A stretch of DNA of 64,000 bases from Podarcis pityusensis. Lineage: Eukaryota. The notes under the pieces are model-generated. The model did no database searches, had not been told where the DNA came from, and worked only from the letters and a program-made list of their open reading frames with translations. How positions within the stretch are numbered: position 1 is the stretch's first letter; the number at the start of each line of letters is the position of its first letter. A program made the position numbers and the translations under genes. Below are positions 48,099 through 59,875 of the stretch, one piece after another. Where the stretch lies: NCBI GenBank assembly GCA_964106645.2, contig OZ067043.1, one strand, 5' to 3'.

Positions 48099-50275
48099 AC
48101 TCAAGTTTCCTTCTCCTCCCACAAATTCTGACCTTTACTTTAATTCCCCAGATTGTCCTCATTTGATCTTTGGCACCATTTTATGAGGTTTATATGGGAT
48201 TTGGGGGGAAAGGGTTGCCCATTAATAGACCCCAATATAATTTCTTAATCATATCTGGAATTCTACTAACCGAACCAAGTAATTTTGTACAGAACAAACC
48301 TAGCAGCCTCCTAGTTAAAGCAAAAATAACGGCAAAAGTTTGGTTTTGCTTGTCCCCCCCCCCCACTTTTACCAAACAAAGTGAAGTCTATACCAAAGAT
48401 GAATCACCACCCATCACCCGTATTGTGTATATGGTCAGCACAACTGTTAGCATTGACTCTTTCACTTTCTATTTTTGAAAGTGAAAAGGATGCCAAGTAG
48501 CAAGACGATATTTGAGGCATAAAGGAAAAGGCATGAAACGAAAGCTAGTGTAGTTGAAGGCACAGAATGTCGTTTTTACATAATCAACAGCAGCTAACTA
48601 TGGAAATAAGAACCATTTCTAAGCGGCCAGTCCGCTTCGGCTTTCCATCTATGGAGTTAAAAACACCACAGATTTGTGCACCCTTAACCAGCTCATGACT
48701 CTTGTGCTTGCACAAAGCATTAAACAATGGTTTAGCATTATGAGGAAAAGCAACAGTGCGCCACAGGCTTATGCACTCCTCGTCCTCCTCAGGCAGCTGC
48801 AGCTCAGCTTCATATGCTAAACCATGTTTGTGCAAACTTGGGTGTTTGCCAGTTTTTTGCTCTAAAGGAGGATAAAGAATCCTTCCCTCAAAATTCACCA
48901 TTACTGACTTTCAGGCAGAAATTAATCGGCCATACCTGTATCTGTCTGTGTCTGTCTATGTGTCTCTGTACTAGGGGTGGGGGGAGATTTTTACATACAC
49001 CCAAGAGGAAAAATAATTTAGCTCAGGAGGAGATCCAAAGTTCCAATATATCACATGGTTCAGACTTCCACTGGGTAGAAGAAATGGAAAGGCTGAATGC
49101 AAAAAGCATTAAAATGTATGGGATTCCATTTTTTACTATGGTCCTTACACATGTGTACCAGATCAGTAATTCTTATACACTGGTGACATTTGTCTGAAAG
49201 AAAGCCTCTCCTTACAGCATTTGTTGACCACCCTAAGTAATTGACAGAAGGTCTTTATTCCTTAGAAAGAGACATATTCTGCTTTATAGACATAATTAAG
49301 CATAGCCATTTTCTTTCTCTTCAACAACTTATGACCAAAATTCTGGGATTCAAGGTGTATTGGTATCAGTTATTCCAGGTCCAACAGGTGCAGTATTTTT
49401 GTCAATAAAAATAACATTTGACATTCATTAAAGTGCACACATTTACCATTTATGTGCTTGTATACTGAAATTCCTGTCCAGGTAGTGAAAACATTTCAGT
49501 TTAATATCTAACTAATGCTGGCAGAGCTGTGATGAACCACAAATACATGGTGGTCGTGTTTGGCTGTTTAGATTTTTGGCTAAAACGTGTTTGATGGTGC
49601 AGACACCTTCGCCAGACAATCATAGGACCCTGGAGAAACATTATAGGATATCCTCCCAGGGCACCAAGCAGAAGCAGTACGCAATCAACTACTCATCACC
49701 TTTCGACAGTTGCCAAAGTAGAAATAGCTATACACTGCAAAAGTCAAAAACTACTCAATGTTAATTTTTGGTACAGAAAGATATGGGAACATCTCATCTT
49801 GGGCAAACTGGCACACCAAGTAAGATTTTCTAAGAATGGTTTAAATCAGTAGTATTGACCCCTGGTATCCATGTATAACAAATGCATGGAGGTCACTCCT
49901 GAATTTAGCTTGACTAATATTTACCAAATAATTATGCACTTTTGAAATGTTGAATCCCTTTTTTTGCAAGTCCAGGTTCATCTCTCCAATTGTGTGGTTA
50001 TTAATTTTTTCTTGCGTTTTTAAATTTGTTTTAAAAATCCATTATTTAAAATCTTAAACAAAAAAACCCTTTTAATAGGGTCATTTGTAGCTCCTTTGCC
50101 TCATCCTGCCAGGATGGAGTAGCAGCAAAGTGTCAGAAAAGTTTGTCCTTTCCATTTTCAGTTCCACACCAAAAGCTACTAGGAAAAGAAGGAATGCCTT
50201 TATTGTGGCACAATGGGATCCGAATAGGTGCCCTTGTATTTCAAATAGTAAAATTCTAATCACCATACTAAGATA

Positions 50276-50444
50276 GGCGGAATCTACACATACATACAAA
50301 ATGTTGTGAACATGCTTTTTAAAAAAAGTTTTGAAAAACACATTGAATTTGTCATAGCTCACTGTCGCCATCTAGTGCGACATTTGTATACTGCACTTTA
50401 CAACACACTTAAAACGTTTTATTTGCAGCTGTGTAGCTGAGTCC
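50276..50444. mobile_element. Putative PIF/Harbinger MITE, copy 2, with CTCF-like motif
   Basis: Imperfect TIRs ggcggaatctacaca / tgtgtagctgagtcc; 3-bp ATA on both flanks (50273-50275, 50445-50447); homologous to 16705-16870. Confidence 0.7.
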
Positions 50445-53009
50445 ATAGACACTTTCTATACTAATCCAATACAATCATCCCTGCTGTCCCCAAAAGTATT
50501 TTTCCTCCCAAAGGACTGCTGAAATCTGCGAACAAGTTGTACACAAGACACTTTTGAACCATTAACTGTAAGCTTGATTTAAAGGAAATCTGCAAGACTT
50601 TCTATATATTTCCTGTACACCTTTTTCCTTCTTCCTTACCAGGTATAGAGGAGGTTCTTTCAGCTGGGGGTGGGAGATGGAGCAGAGGGAAAAATATGTT
50701 TTTTAAAGCTTTATTATAAATTCAAGTATTACTGGTTTTGGAATGCTAATGGATAGTGAATAATCTAGTGGAATATCAGAAGCACAAAGTACAGGAATAC
50801 TGATCAAGAAGGGAAAGGATTTTAAAAATCAATGGTGATTTCAGAAACACCTGGCAGAAGTGATCTTCTGGAGGGGTAGGGATGCATGTAAAAACTCCTA
50901 GACTAAATTAATGGCCAAGAAAAATTATCATCCCAAGTGTGTACATTTGTATGTGTTTTAAGAAAAGGGAAGGGTAGGGAAAGAAGGTTGTAAACCAATA
51001 GGGGGACAGTAAAATAATAAAGCAGGCACTCTTTTTACATCATAAAGTTGGAAAAACAGGGAAACAAGCATAATTTCTCATTCCTTTGTAGGCCATCTTA
51101 AAAGAGCAAGCAGAAATTTTATTCTAAGGCCACTAAACATAGTGTAACTTCTCTGTAAAGTGAATGAATGGTCTTAATGAAAGTATGTCCAGGATCCAGC
51201 TCCAAACTGCAGTATACTCAATTACATTTTTTTAATAAAAGCTCTCTATCACACAAAGTGCTGCTCTTCCAAAGACAGCAGGCATCGCAATAAAGCTGCC
51301 AGCCAATATTTTATTGTTTCAGGAGATTTCCAGCATACTATAATCCCTTGCTGGTGAGCCTCCCAGAGTTAAATAGATCCCCAAAACAGCTTAGAATAAT
51401 GCAGTTCAGAGACTCTAGAGTTCTACAAACCATCTAAACATCGGGGGTGGGGGACAGAATCCTGCACACTGTATTTAGCACTGCTATGTATAATGCAATG
51501 TTTGCCAGTGTAAACTAGCAAAGAATATAGTATTCAACGTACTGCTGGGCAGAAGAAGAAGAAGTCAAATGCATAGATCTACAGTTAATGTTCTTCATCT
51601 ACAATGGTATGAAAAGCACCCCGGATATGCAGCCAAGCCATGGAAAACGAACCGCCAGGTATCATGGTCCCTTTGTGTGGTGTGCACAACCTCTCGGCTT
51701 GGACATATTGCAGACGCAGCAAGGCATCTGTTACATTTCCTGGCTGGCCTGGAATGCCCTGCACAGCTGCCAGTTGGAATGCAGGGTACAATGAAAACCT
51801 CTTCTGCTAGCACAGGCATACCTCCCATCAAATCGTGGGAGTTATTTTTCCAAGATACACACATGTCAATTCAATACGCACTGTGACACTTGGTTGGGAC
51901 TTAATAATTAAAGGGCCCACCAGTGCCCTGAACAGAATGCAAAAGCAAGAATCGCATCTAAGAGACATGATGCATTATTCAGAAGGCTGGAGTGTGGCAT
52001 TCTCTCTCCCTCCCTTCCTCCCTCTGCCCCCCCCCCCGTACCCCCATCCTCCAAATGGCAGTTCATCTACAAGAGCAAGAGCAAACCTCCAAATCTATAG
52101 GCTCTGGATGGAAAGTGTCAGGAAGGCCAAGGAAACAAGTGAGGGAGAAACTCGTATCACTGGGTACCAACCACATTAGGTGGTGTCACATCTAACATGG
52201 CAAGGATGGGTCTTCACAAGATCACTGAACTTTCCCGTTCCTTGTTACTTGAAGGAATCATCCATTTACCCTGGATTAGGCTCCTCTCCTGCATAAAACT
52301 CACCAGCAACTGGGTGCACAGGACAGTGTTAATTGGCGGCGGTGGCTGCATTGAAGCAGACAAACTGGATCCTACCCACCCTGAGTGCTTTTCTGGATAA
52401 GGAGAGAGAAGCCGGGCATGCTGCAGGCAACCAATGCCAGTGAGAGTCACTTTGAAGGTGAATTAAAACACACCAGCAATAGATCCTGGGAGGATGATGC
52501 CTATGTACAAGGTGCTGCACTAAGATTTGGGATTGTGGCATGTTTCTGAAAGAAACACGTCTTTATCACTAATGTCATAAGATAACTAGGGGGAAGGAAG
52601 TTATGCTCCATTCCACTGGTCACCTTATCATCATATGAGTGGACAATTTCCCTTCATAAGGTTCACACAGCAACCAGGATGCTGTACAGGAGGGACAGGG
52701 TTGAAAAGCCTTCTTAAAAAGAGGGCCAGAATAAATATATAAAAAAAGAAACCTGATTAGGCAATTCTTGACTTTTGTCTGACTCCCTTCATACTAGAGG
52801 CTGCAAAGGTGGAGAATGGTGATGAATGGCTAAGGCAGAGAAAATCCTAGAAACAGGTAACAAAAAGTTAACTAGCTAAGTGATCTGAGGTCAGAAAAGT
52901 GAAAGAACAATGTATTTTATTAAATAAATTATGCAGAATGTAGTGAACAAAGGCGGAGGGATGAGAGCAACGGGATGAAAAAAAGGTCAAGCCAGTAGAG
53001 AAGTTTTGA

Positions 53010-53178
53010 GCTGGCTCTAGACACATAAAAGAAACGTTTCGGTTAAATGCGTTGCAAATTTAAGCAGGGAAAACAGGTAGAGAAAAATGGGACTCCACAG
53101 CAGCACCTGGTGGCACAATGTTATATTGCATGTACAACATGTATAAATTGCTTTTTCTTTGCCAATCTAGCTGAGTCC
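53010..53178. mobile_element. Diverged third copy of the putative Harbinger MITE
   Basis: Shares tattgca...tacaaca and the tagctgagtcc terminus; cagcacctggtggc sits at the position of gccatctagtg. Confidence 0.5.
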
Positions 53179-55179
53179 TTGTTTAAAGCTTGGGAGGGAG
53201 GGAGTTGGGTCACATGTAAGAGAAGTGATGCCAAGAACAGAGTGTCACAATAATGGGTTGGAAGAGTTATACCATATATGTGTTATATTTTATAACGGTA
53301 GTAAAGTAGCAGCCAACTTGTATCCTTTCCACACATTTTTCTCTCCTTATATAAAATAATTCCTTAACTGGGAGTAGACATCAGGTCTGGCTATAGTATT
53401 ACTGTATGCAAATCACAGGTTGTGATAGGGACCAGCAGGTAAACAGTTGCAATAAGCTTAGCAAGTCTTTTGAGCTGCTTGATCATTATGAGATTGCACA
53501 AGATGTTACTGAACTTGCTACTTTGAAAGTTGTTTGCCAATTCTCTCAATGAACTTGCACCACCAAGCCATCCTGCACTTCACAGTGTGGAGAGAATTTG
53601 TGTTGATGACTTCTCTCTTTGCACCCTGAATGCTCTTCAACATGCCTGTAACCGGGATATCCAGGCATTATTTGGCTCATAAGAAGACAGTGCAAGACCC
53701 TTGAGGATACTTCTTTGCTAAATCTCTAGAGTAAAGGCCTAAACAGGCTCAGTACTACCATGCCACATGGTCTGCCAAATATCAGGCCCTAAAATTCATA
53801 TTACTGTGATATAATATGAATATTTTTGTAACAGAATATGATTTTAAAAACTGGGGCCGGGGGGAGGCAAAGCTCATGTAAAGAGGGTTAACTGTGCCCA
53901 ATAAATGATCTCATTATTTAAAACACTGTGCCCTGAAAAATGTTCAGCAGCGATTGCAACTGCTTGAGCCATTTGGTGCACCTGGTGGAGTTACAAGACT
54001 TCTGGGAAACATCATTACTTTGGGGCAGAACTTAACATCTGCATTTGTGGGAGGTCTGACAGATTTCTGCAGGATGGGAGACAAGGTTCAGAATTTCTAC
54101 TTAGCTGTAAATGCAAAGTAAATTATGGGGCAGTTTCTGACATTCATTAATTATATTTTAAAAATGAACCAGCACAGAAAATGATGAAAATCTGGATGGA
54201 TGAGTTCTGCTTCCAAACGTAGACATGCAGTCAACACACCGGCTCGGTACACTCCAGCAGATGCCGTCTAAGCCTTTAAATCGCACACTAATTGTGCTAA
54301 TTGAGCTAACAGTCGCTGTTTCGTCTCCCAGCCCTGAGTCAACCAGCATCTTCTGGTACTGCTACAGAGATCCAAGCTGTTGGCTTTAGTGTTATTTTGT
54401 CAGCCATTAAATGATTCATCAGAGTCATTAATTGATTTATTACTGCTGCCTGCAAGTATAGCTTTGCAAATAAAGAATGATGTAGGTCAGAATGCAAAAG
54501 AAATTGAACAAAACAACACAGCGAGGAACTGGATGCTTAAATAATCTGTAGGAATCCCACACAGAGATTTTTTAAAAAGTTATGGGGGCAAAGGGAGTTA
54601 AGTAGGGGAGAGGAAAGATTAGCCACTGTTTGACTCCAACATGATGGAATCTACTCAACTACCCAACTCTAACCTTCGGCTGCATGCAAAAGGCATCGTG
54701 AGCTGTCACGAGATCCCGCAGCCCTCCAAACGAGTGATCATTTTCTTCTGTTAAACGATCCAAAGCTGGAAACAAAGTCAAAAGGATTCCACAACAGCTT
54801 AAGATGGTTTGATGTGAAAGGACTACAAAACCAGGTTTCAGACATGCATACTAAAAAAGAAAAGAAAAAAATGATTCCATTTCTGTGGTGCTTTCACAGC
54901 TGACCAATTCATCATGAAGACTGCAGACAGTGGTTACATGCAGCAGGCTAAAGAGCCTCATTTATTAAGAGCAGGGCTCCTCTTAATTCAAGACCCAGTC
55001 AGGGCAACCTGGGCATTCTCTGGCTGAGAAACACAAAACACAACTCCGTCTGCATTCTGACACTAGTAAATCTGAAGCCTTTGTAATTAGATGCAGAGTC
55101 CAGACTATGAACCCATTACACAGCTTTTTTGTGTGTGCCCTCAACCTATAAGATAGTTATAGTAGGAATCTTGTGCTGA

Positions 55180-55950
55180 TTTTGATCTAGTGAAGGTATT
55201 TATAATCAACTTGGACAAAGAAGTGGAGGAGATGCTCATGAAGCTCTGCAGACAACACCCAATTTAGCAACTAATACTTTCAGAAACAGAATCTGGATCC
55301 AAGATGATCGCAGCAAGATGAAAAACTGGCCCAAAATTAACAAAATGATTCTTAAACAGGGATTAATATAAAGTTTTTCATCTGAGCAGAAAGAGTAGAA
55401 TATAATTCTAGGTTGTGTCACCAGAAGTAGAATGTCCAGAGTAATGTCCAAAGTATTGGACATTGGACTCTATTCTGCTTTGGTCATACTTCCAGTTCTG
55501 GGCTGCAAAGTTTAAGATGGGTATGGACAAAATGGACCGCAGACAGAAGAAAGTGATAAAGATGGTGACAAGGAAGATCATGTCATTTGAGGAAAAGTGG
55601 ATGGGTATGTTTAACTTGGAGAAGAGATGTAACAGTCATCGTCAGATATCTGAAGGGCTGTCAGATAGATGGACCAAATTAATTCTATGTTGCTCTGCAG
55701 GGTAGGACCAGAGCCAAAGGGTTCAAATTACAAGAAAAGGAATTTAGACTGAACATTAGGAAGAACTTTGTGATGGCATGAGTTGTACAACAGTGGAAGA
55801 AACCGTCTTGGAAAGTTAAAGGTTTTCAAGCAGAGGTTGAGTGTTGCCACCAGCCAGGGATTTTGTAGTAGTAGGTTTCCTGCATTGGCAAGAGGTTGGA
55901 CTAGATGAGAGCTGAGGTCCCATCCAACCTTTTAATTTAGGATATTCCTA
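55180..55950 (+). mobile_element. CR1 LINE 3' fragment (decayed RT C-terminus plus 3' UTR, internal deletions)
   Basis: Remnants of CR1 motifs (ccagttctgggctgc, gggtatgtttaacttggagaagaga, aattacaagaaaaggaatttagactgaacattaggaagaactt, aagcagaggttg, ttggactagatga). Confidence 0.85.
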
Positions 55951-56068
55951 TACAGCTTTACACAAATGGACAATTCATTCTACCCCAAGGGCTGCACTGC
56001 AGCCTCTTTTTATTTATTTTTGTTCATTAAAGACTAAAAGCAACAGCAATTTGCATAACATTTTAGAG

Positions 56069-56246
56069 CATTGGTCTTCAACTGGTGGGTCGGGACCCAC
56101 AAGTGGGGTCATGGACTGATCTGAGGTGGGTCACAACAGGAGCACTGCTGCCATGCAAATATCTGGTAAAAGATGACGAAATGGGTCCCCAAATGCATGT
56201 TTGGGTTAAAGGTGGGTGCTGGGTATGAAAAGGTTGAAGACGACTG
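56069..56246. mobile_element. hAT (Charlie-like) MITE with 8-bp TSD, nested in a MIR-like SINE
   Basis: TIRs cattggtcttcaac / gttgaagacgactg; flanks ttttagag (56061-56068) and ttttaaag (56247-56254). Confidence 0.8.
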
Positions 56247-56254
56247 TTTTAAAG

Positions 56255-56460
56255 AGCACTGAAAGTGCTTTTCATTAATCTTTGTAACAAGCCTGTAAGG
56301 TTGGTCAGTATTATAATCCCCACACTGCAGATTTTGGAGGGGGGTGGGCATGGAGAAGGGGCTGAGAGGAAGTCACTTGCCTAAAGGCCTTTAATGAAGC
56401 AAGATTTAAAATGGGGAATTCCCCAGTTCATAGTTCAGCCTCCTAAACTACTACACACCA
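56255..56460 (-). mobile_element. MIR-like CORE SINE (interrupted by the hAT MITE)
   Basis: aaagtgctttt...taatctttgtaacaagcctgtaaggt...tattataatcccca...cagat...ggctgagagg...acttgcctaaagg. Confidence 0.65.
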
Positions 56461-58345
56461 GCTATAGACAGGTGGGGTTATGAGTAAGTTTCAAAACAAC
56501 AGTAAAATCCATTTAAATAAAGTAAGATCAGAGAGTCAAAGCACAAAACAGAGCACTTGCATGTCAGCACTGCAGGTCTATGACAGCAGTGGCTTAAGAC
56601 ACTGCATGTAATTAGAATGGAAGAAACACAGCAAGGTTTTCAACATTAAATTTATTGCACGGGTGCTCCTGCAAGGGGGGGGGGACTTTTCAGAGGTTTC
56701 CATGTGAGGCTGCAACACTGACGCTAGACTCCAGTTCAAACAACTCCTACTTGGACCACCATTGGATTTCTCAAACCGCATACTGCTTACACTCAGGCGT
56801 AGTTTACACACGTGGCCAAACAAGGTGTTACTTTGAGGCGGTGCTTGGACAGTACCACTTCAGGCTGCAGGTGGGGCAATACAACTTTTGAACACTCCAC
56901 TGCATTAAAAACACACTTTCCTACAAGCAAAAAGAAAAAAACCTAGCACATCATACAGAAGGGTTTTAGTCCAGCCCTGCCCTTGTCGACTTGCTGGGAT
57001 TTGTCTGTTTGTTTGTTTTTCTAATATGCACTCGGAGCAGCTTTCGGCACCTGCAGTCTGAAGTGGTACTGTCCACTCGTACCAGCTTAGGACTCTACCA
57101 CTTGATTCTTCCGCAGGCCTCAGATATAATTAGTCAAGAGCCATACAAGTGAAACACAAATTATACTTCCCCCAGCCTGCCATTTGTAATAACCTCCACA
57201 AAACAGGAATTTCTATGGCTCTCTGGTTTGAATTAAATGCTGGCTGCTTAAAAGGCCGGAGGGGGGGGTGCGCGGTGCAGAGACGGAGGTGCCCTCACTG
57301 CTAAACATTCTCTTAAAAACTTCCGGAGGTACAACACAACCATCCTCACCCAGTCCTGACAATGTTTTGGTAGAGTATCTGGAGTGTGTCATTCCACCAG
57401 AAGGCAGTGATGTAATCTCCACAGGAATGGTTATTCTGTTCTTTTATCTTGCACCTCACTCCTGGTGTGATTTACACATAGGCAGACTGGGGCCTGCTCC
57501 GTGGAAGACAAACAGCAGTTCACTCTCCAACTCCAGATTAGCTATGAAAACAATTTGCCTGTGCTTACACAGAAGCCCTACTCTCTGGAAACCAGCCAGG
57601 CTTGGGGGAGGGCAGGGGAGGGAATTAAACAAGGCCCATCTAGCCTTTAAACTATTATGAAATGGGAGGATTTCGGTGCCCTGCATTTCAGCTGCAAGCT
57701 AATAGTTCTGTTTTAATCCAAGGAAGAAGAGGAGGAGCTCTGACATACAGAACCACCGACTGAATATAAGCTCTGTCCCTGCCTCACTTGAATAGAAGGG
57801 AGGATTTGGATGGATCATATGAAAACTGAAAGCTCAGTTCTCTAGAAATTGTTCACCTGCAGCTTATCTATCATTTCTAGAGTTCGGGTTGCTTTACAAT
57901 GGCACATTTAATTTAATCCTTGTAACAACTTTGTAAGGTATGTTAGGAATAGTGACTCGTCAGAGGCCAGATAGCGAGCTGCCTCCCCCCCCCACCTCAC
58001 CCTGAAATTTTCATAATATAGCTTTCCCCCCTCAATTAATAGTGTGTAGAAAAATCACACTAATATTAGCCTGCTGCACCACTGGCTCATATTTTGCTAG
58101 CAATTCTACTATCAGAAGATCCCACTACTATCAAAAGGCACAACTAAACACGTTTGTGGAAGGAGAAAATGATACACCAAGTTTACAAGTCTCTGGCCCT
58201 TTCCTTCTGGCATTTTGTTGCTGTGGTCCATTTGCTCTCCTTTGTTTTCTGCAGAGCTTGCTGGGACCCTACACTGACTGGACGCTCCAAGTCTTGGCAG
58301 AGACTTCCTATCCATGGTTGTTTATAGAGGCACCTTCTTTTAGAG

Positions 58346-58480
58346 ATGTGATGGCCATACTCAGCCTCCAACAGTTTTGGGACTACAACTCCCATCATCC
58401 CTAGCTAACAGGACCAGTGGTCAGGGATGATGGGAATTGTAGTCCCAAAACAGCTGGAGGGCCAAGTTTGGCCATCACTG
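58346..58480. mobile_element. hAT-type palindromic MITE with perfect 8-bp TSD
   Basis: Arms gtgatggcca / tggccatcac and ttttgggactacaactcccatcatccct / agggatgatgggaattgtagtcccaaaa; TSD ttttagag at 58338-58345 and 58481-58488. Confidence 0.9.
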
Positions 58481-59329
58481 TTTTAGAGAGTTCCTGGGAT
58501 ACAGATTCTGGCAGCCATAATTAGTTCCAATTGCTTTCAGATGACTTGGTTTAACTCAATTTTTTTCTTCAGGTAAGACCCCCCAATCTCCACACACAAC
58601 CACCCGAAATTTAGGTGAGTGGTTACTTAAGTGGGTGTGTCATCTTGGCCATGGCACCAGAAACGTTGCCTGGAGCAAAGTTTATGTATTTTTGCTGCTA
58701 AAGACGATTTTATTTGGAGGGGACTTCAAGCATATTTTTTATAGCTTTCCTGGGTTTTGATGAGGTCTCAGTGATTTTTTTTCATTGTTTAATTGCATTT
58801 GTTTTTAAATTGGACACCACCCGTTTTTAGTGAAGGGTGCTAATACATAGACCGAATAATTAAACTGCAGTGTTGTGCTAGGTGTTATACAGACAAACAA
58901 AATGGGACTGCAAAGATCTTACAACCTAAGCACAATACAATATATTAAGCCAGCAGGCAAAATAATAAGAGCTTTTCTTCAAGCCTCTCAGCAGCGTAAC
59001 AAGAAAGCAGTAAGATGGCCTTGTGGCTGTGTTAGCCCTGCAAAGAACAATACTGCTGCAGAAAGAACTGAAAATGTAACAAATAAGAGGTGGGTATCCA
59101 CAGGATTACCACGAACTTGTATCCTTAATTATGCTGAGAAGCAGGTAAAAAACCCCCAAATTTCCTTCATCCATTGTATAATTTATAAAAATATGAGCAG
59201 AAAGTAACTTCCTAATCTAACTATAATGTGTACCAGTCCATGAGAAAGCAATATTTTTATACATGCTATGAGCAGAATCAACTTAGACATTTTTGCCTGA
59301 AGCAGTTTGGGGCCCTACATGATCATCAC

Positions 59330-59330
<1 letters not shown>

Positions 59331-59369
<39 letters not shown>
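59331..59369. repeat. (ATT)13 microsatellite
   Basis: Direct reading. Confidence 0.97.
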
Positions 59370-59370
<1 letters not shown>

Positions 59371-59875
59371 CAATCTGGAATAAGAGGTGCCTCAAGTAAC
59401 AATGTTAGATCCAGGAGTACCCCCAAGCTACATTCAGAACAGGCTGTCTTCCCACCTCCTGGACCTTAACATATAAAACTTCAGTCTTTCCAGGATTCTG
59501 TTTCAATTTGTTGGCTGGCATCAAGCCTATCTCTGCCTCCAAACACCTGTCTAGCACCTCAACCACCTCTTCTGATTGAGATGGGTGTCATCCACATATT
59601 GGTGACCCTGCACTCAAAGACTCCTGATGGCAGCTCTCAACATATAGATGTCAATAGCATGGGGTACAAGATGGAACTCTGCATGACACCATAGGAAAGC
59701 GCCCTTTGCATTGAACAGTGCCCCCTCCCATAACTACTTTCTGGAAATTACTCTGGGGGCAGGAGCAGACCCACTGCAATACAGTGTCCCCAACCCCCAC
59801 CTCCCTGAGCAACACCAGAAGGAAACCATGGTCAATGGTATCAAAAGCCACCAAAAGGTCAAAAAAGAGGTCTAA
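59370..59875 (-). mobile_element. Decayed L2 LINE reverse-transcriptase fragment
   Basis: ORF 59651-59941 contains DLLVAFDTIDH...GVGDTVLQW...FQKVVMG, matching the L2 RT pattern DLSxAFDTIDH; frameshifted downstream. Confidence 0.8.
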
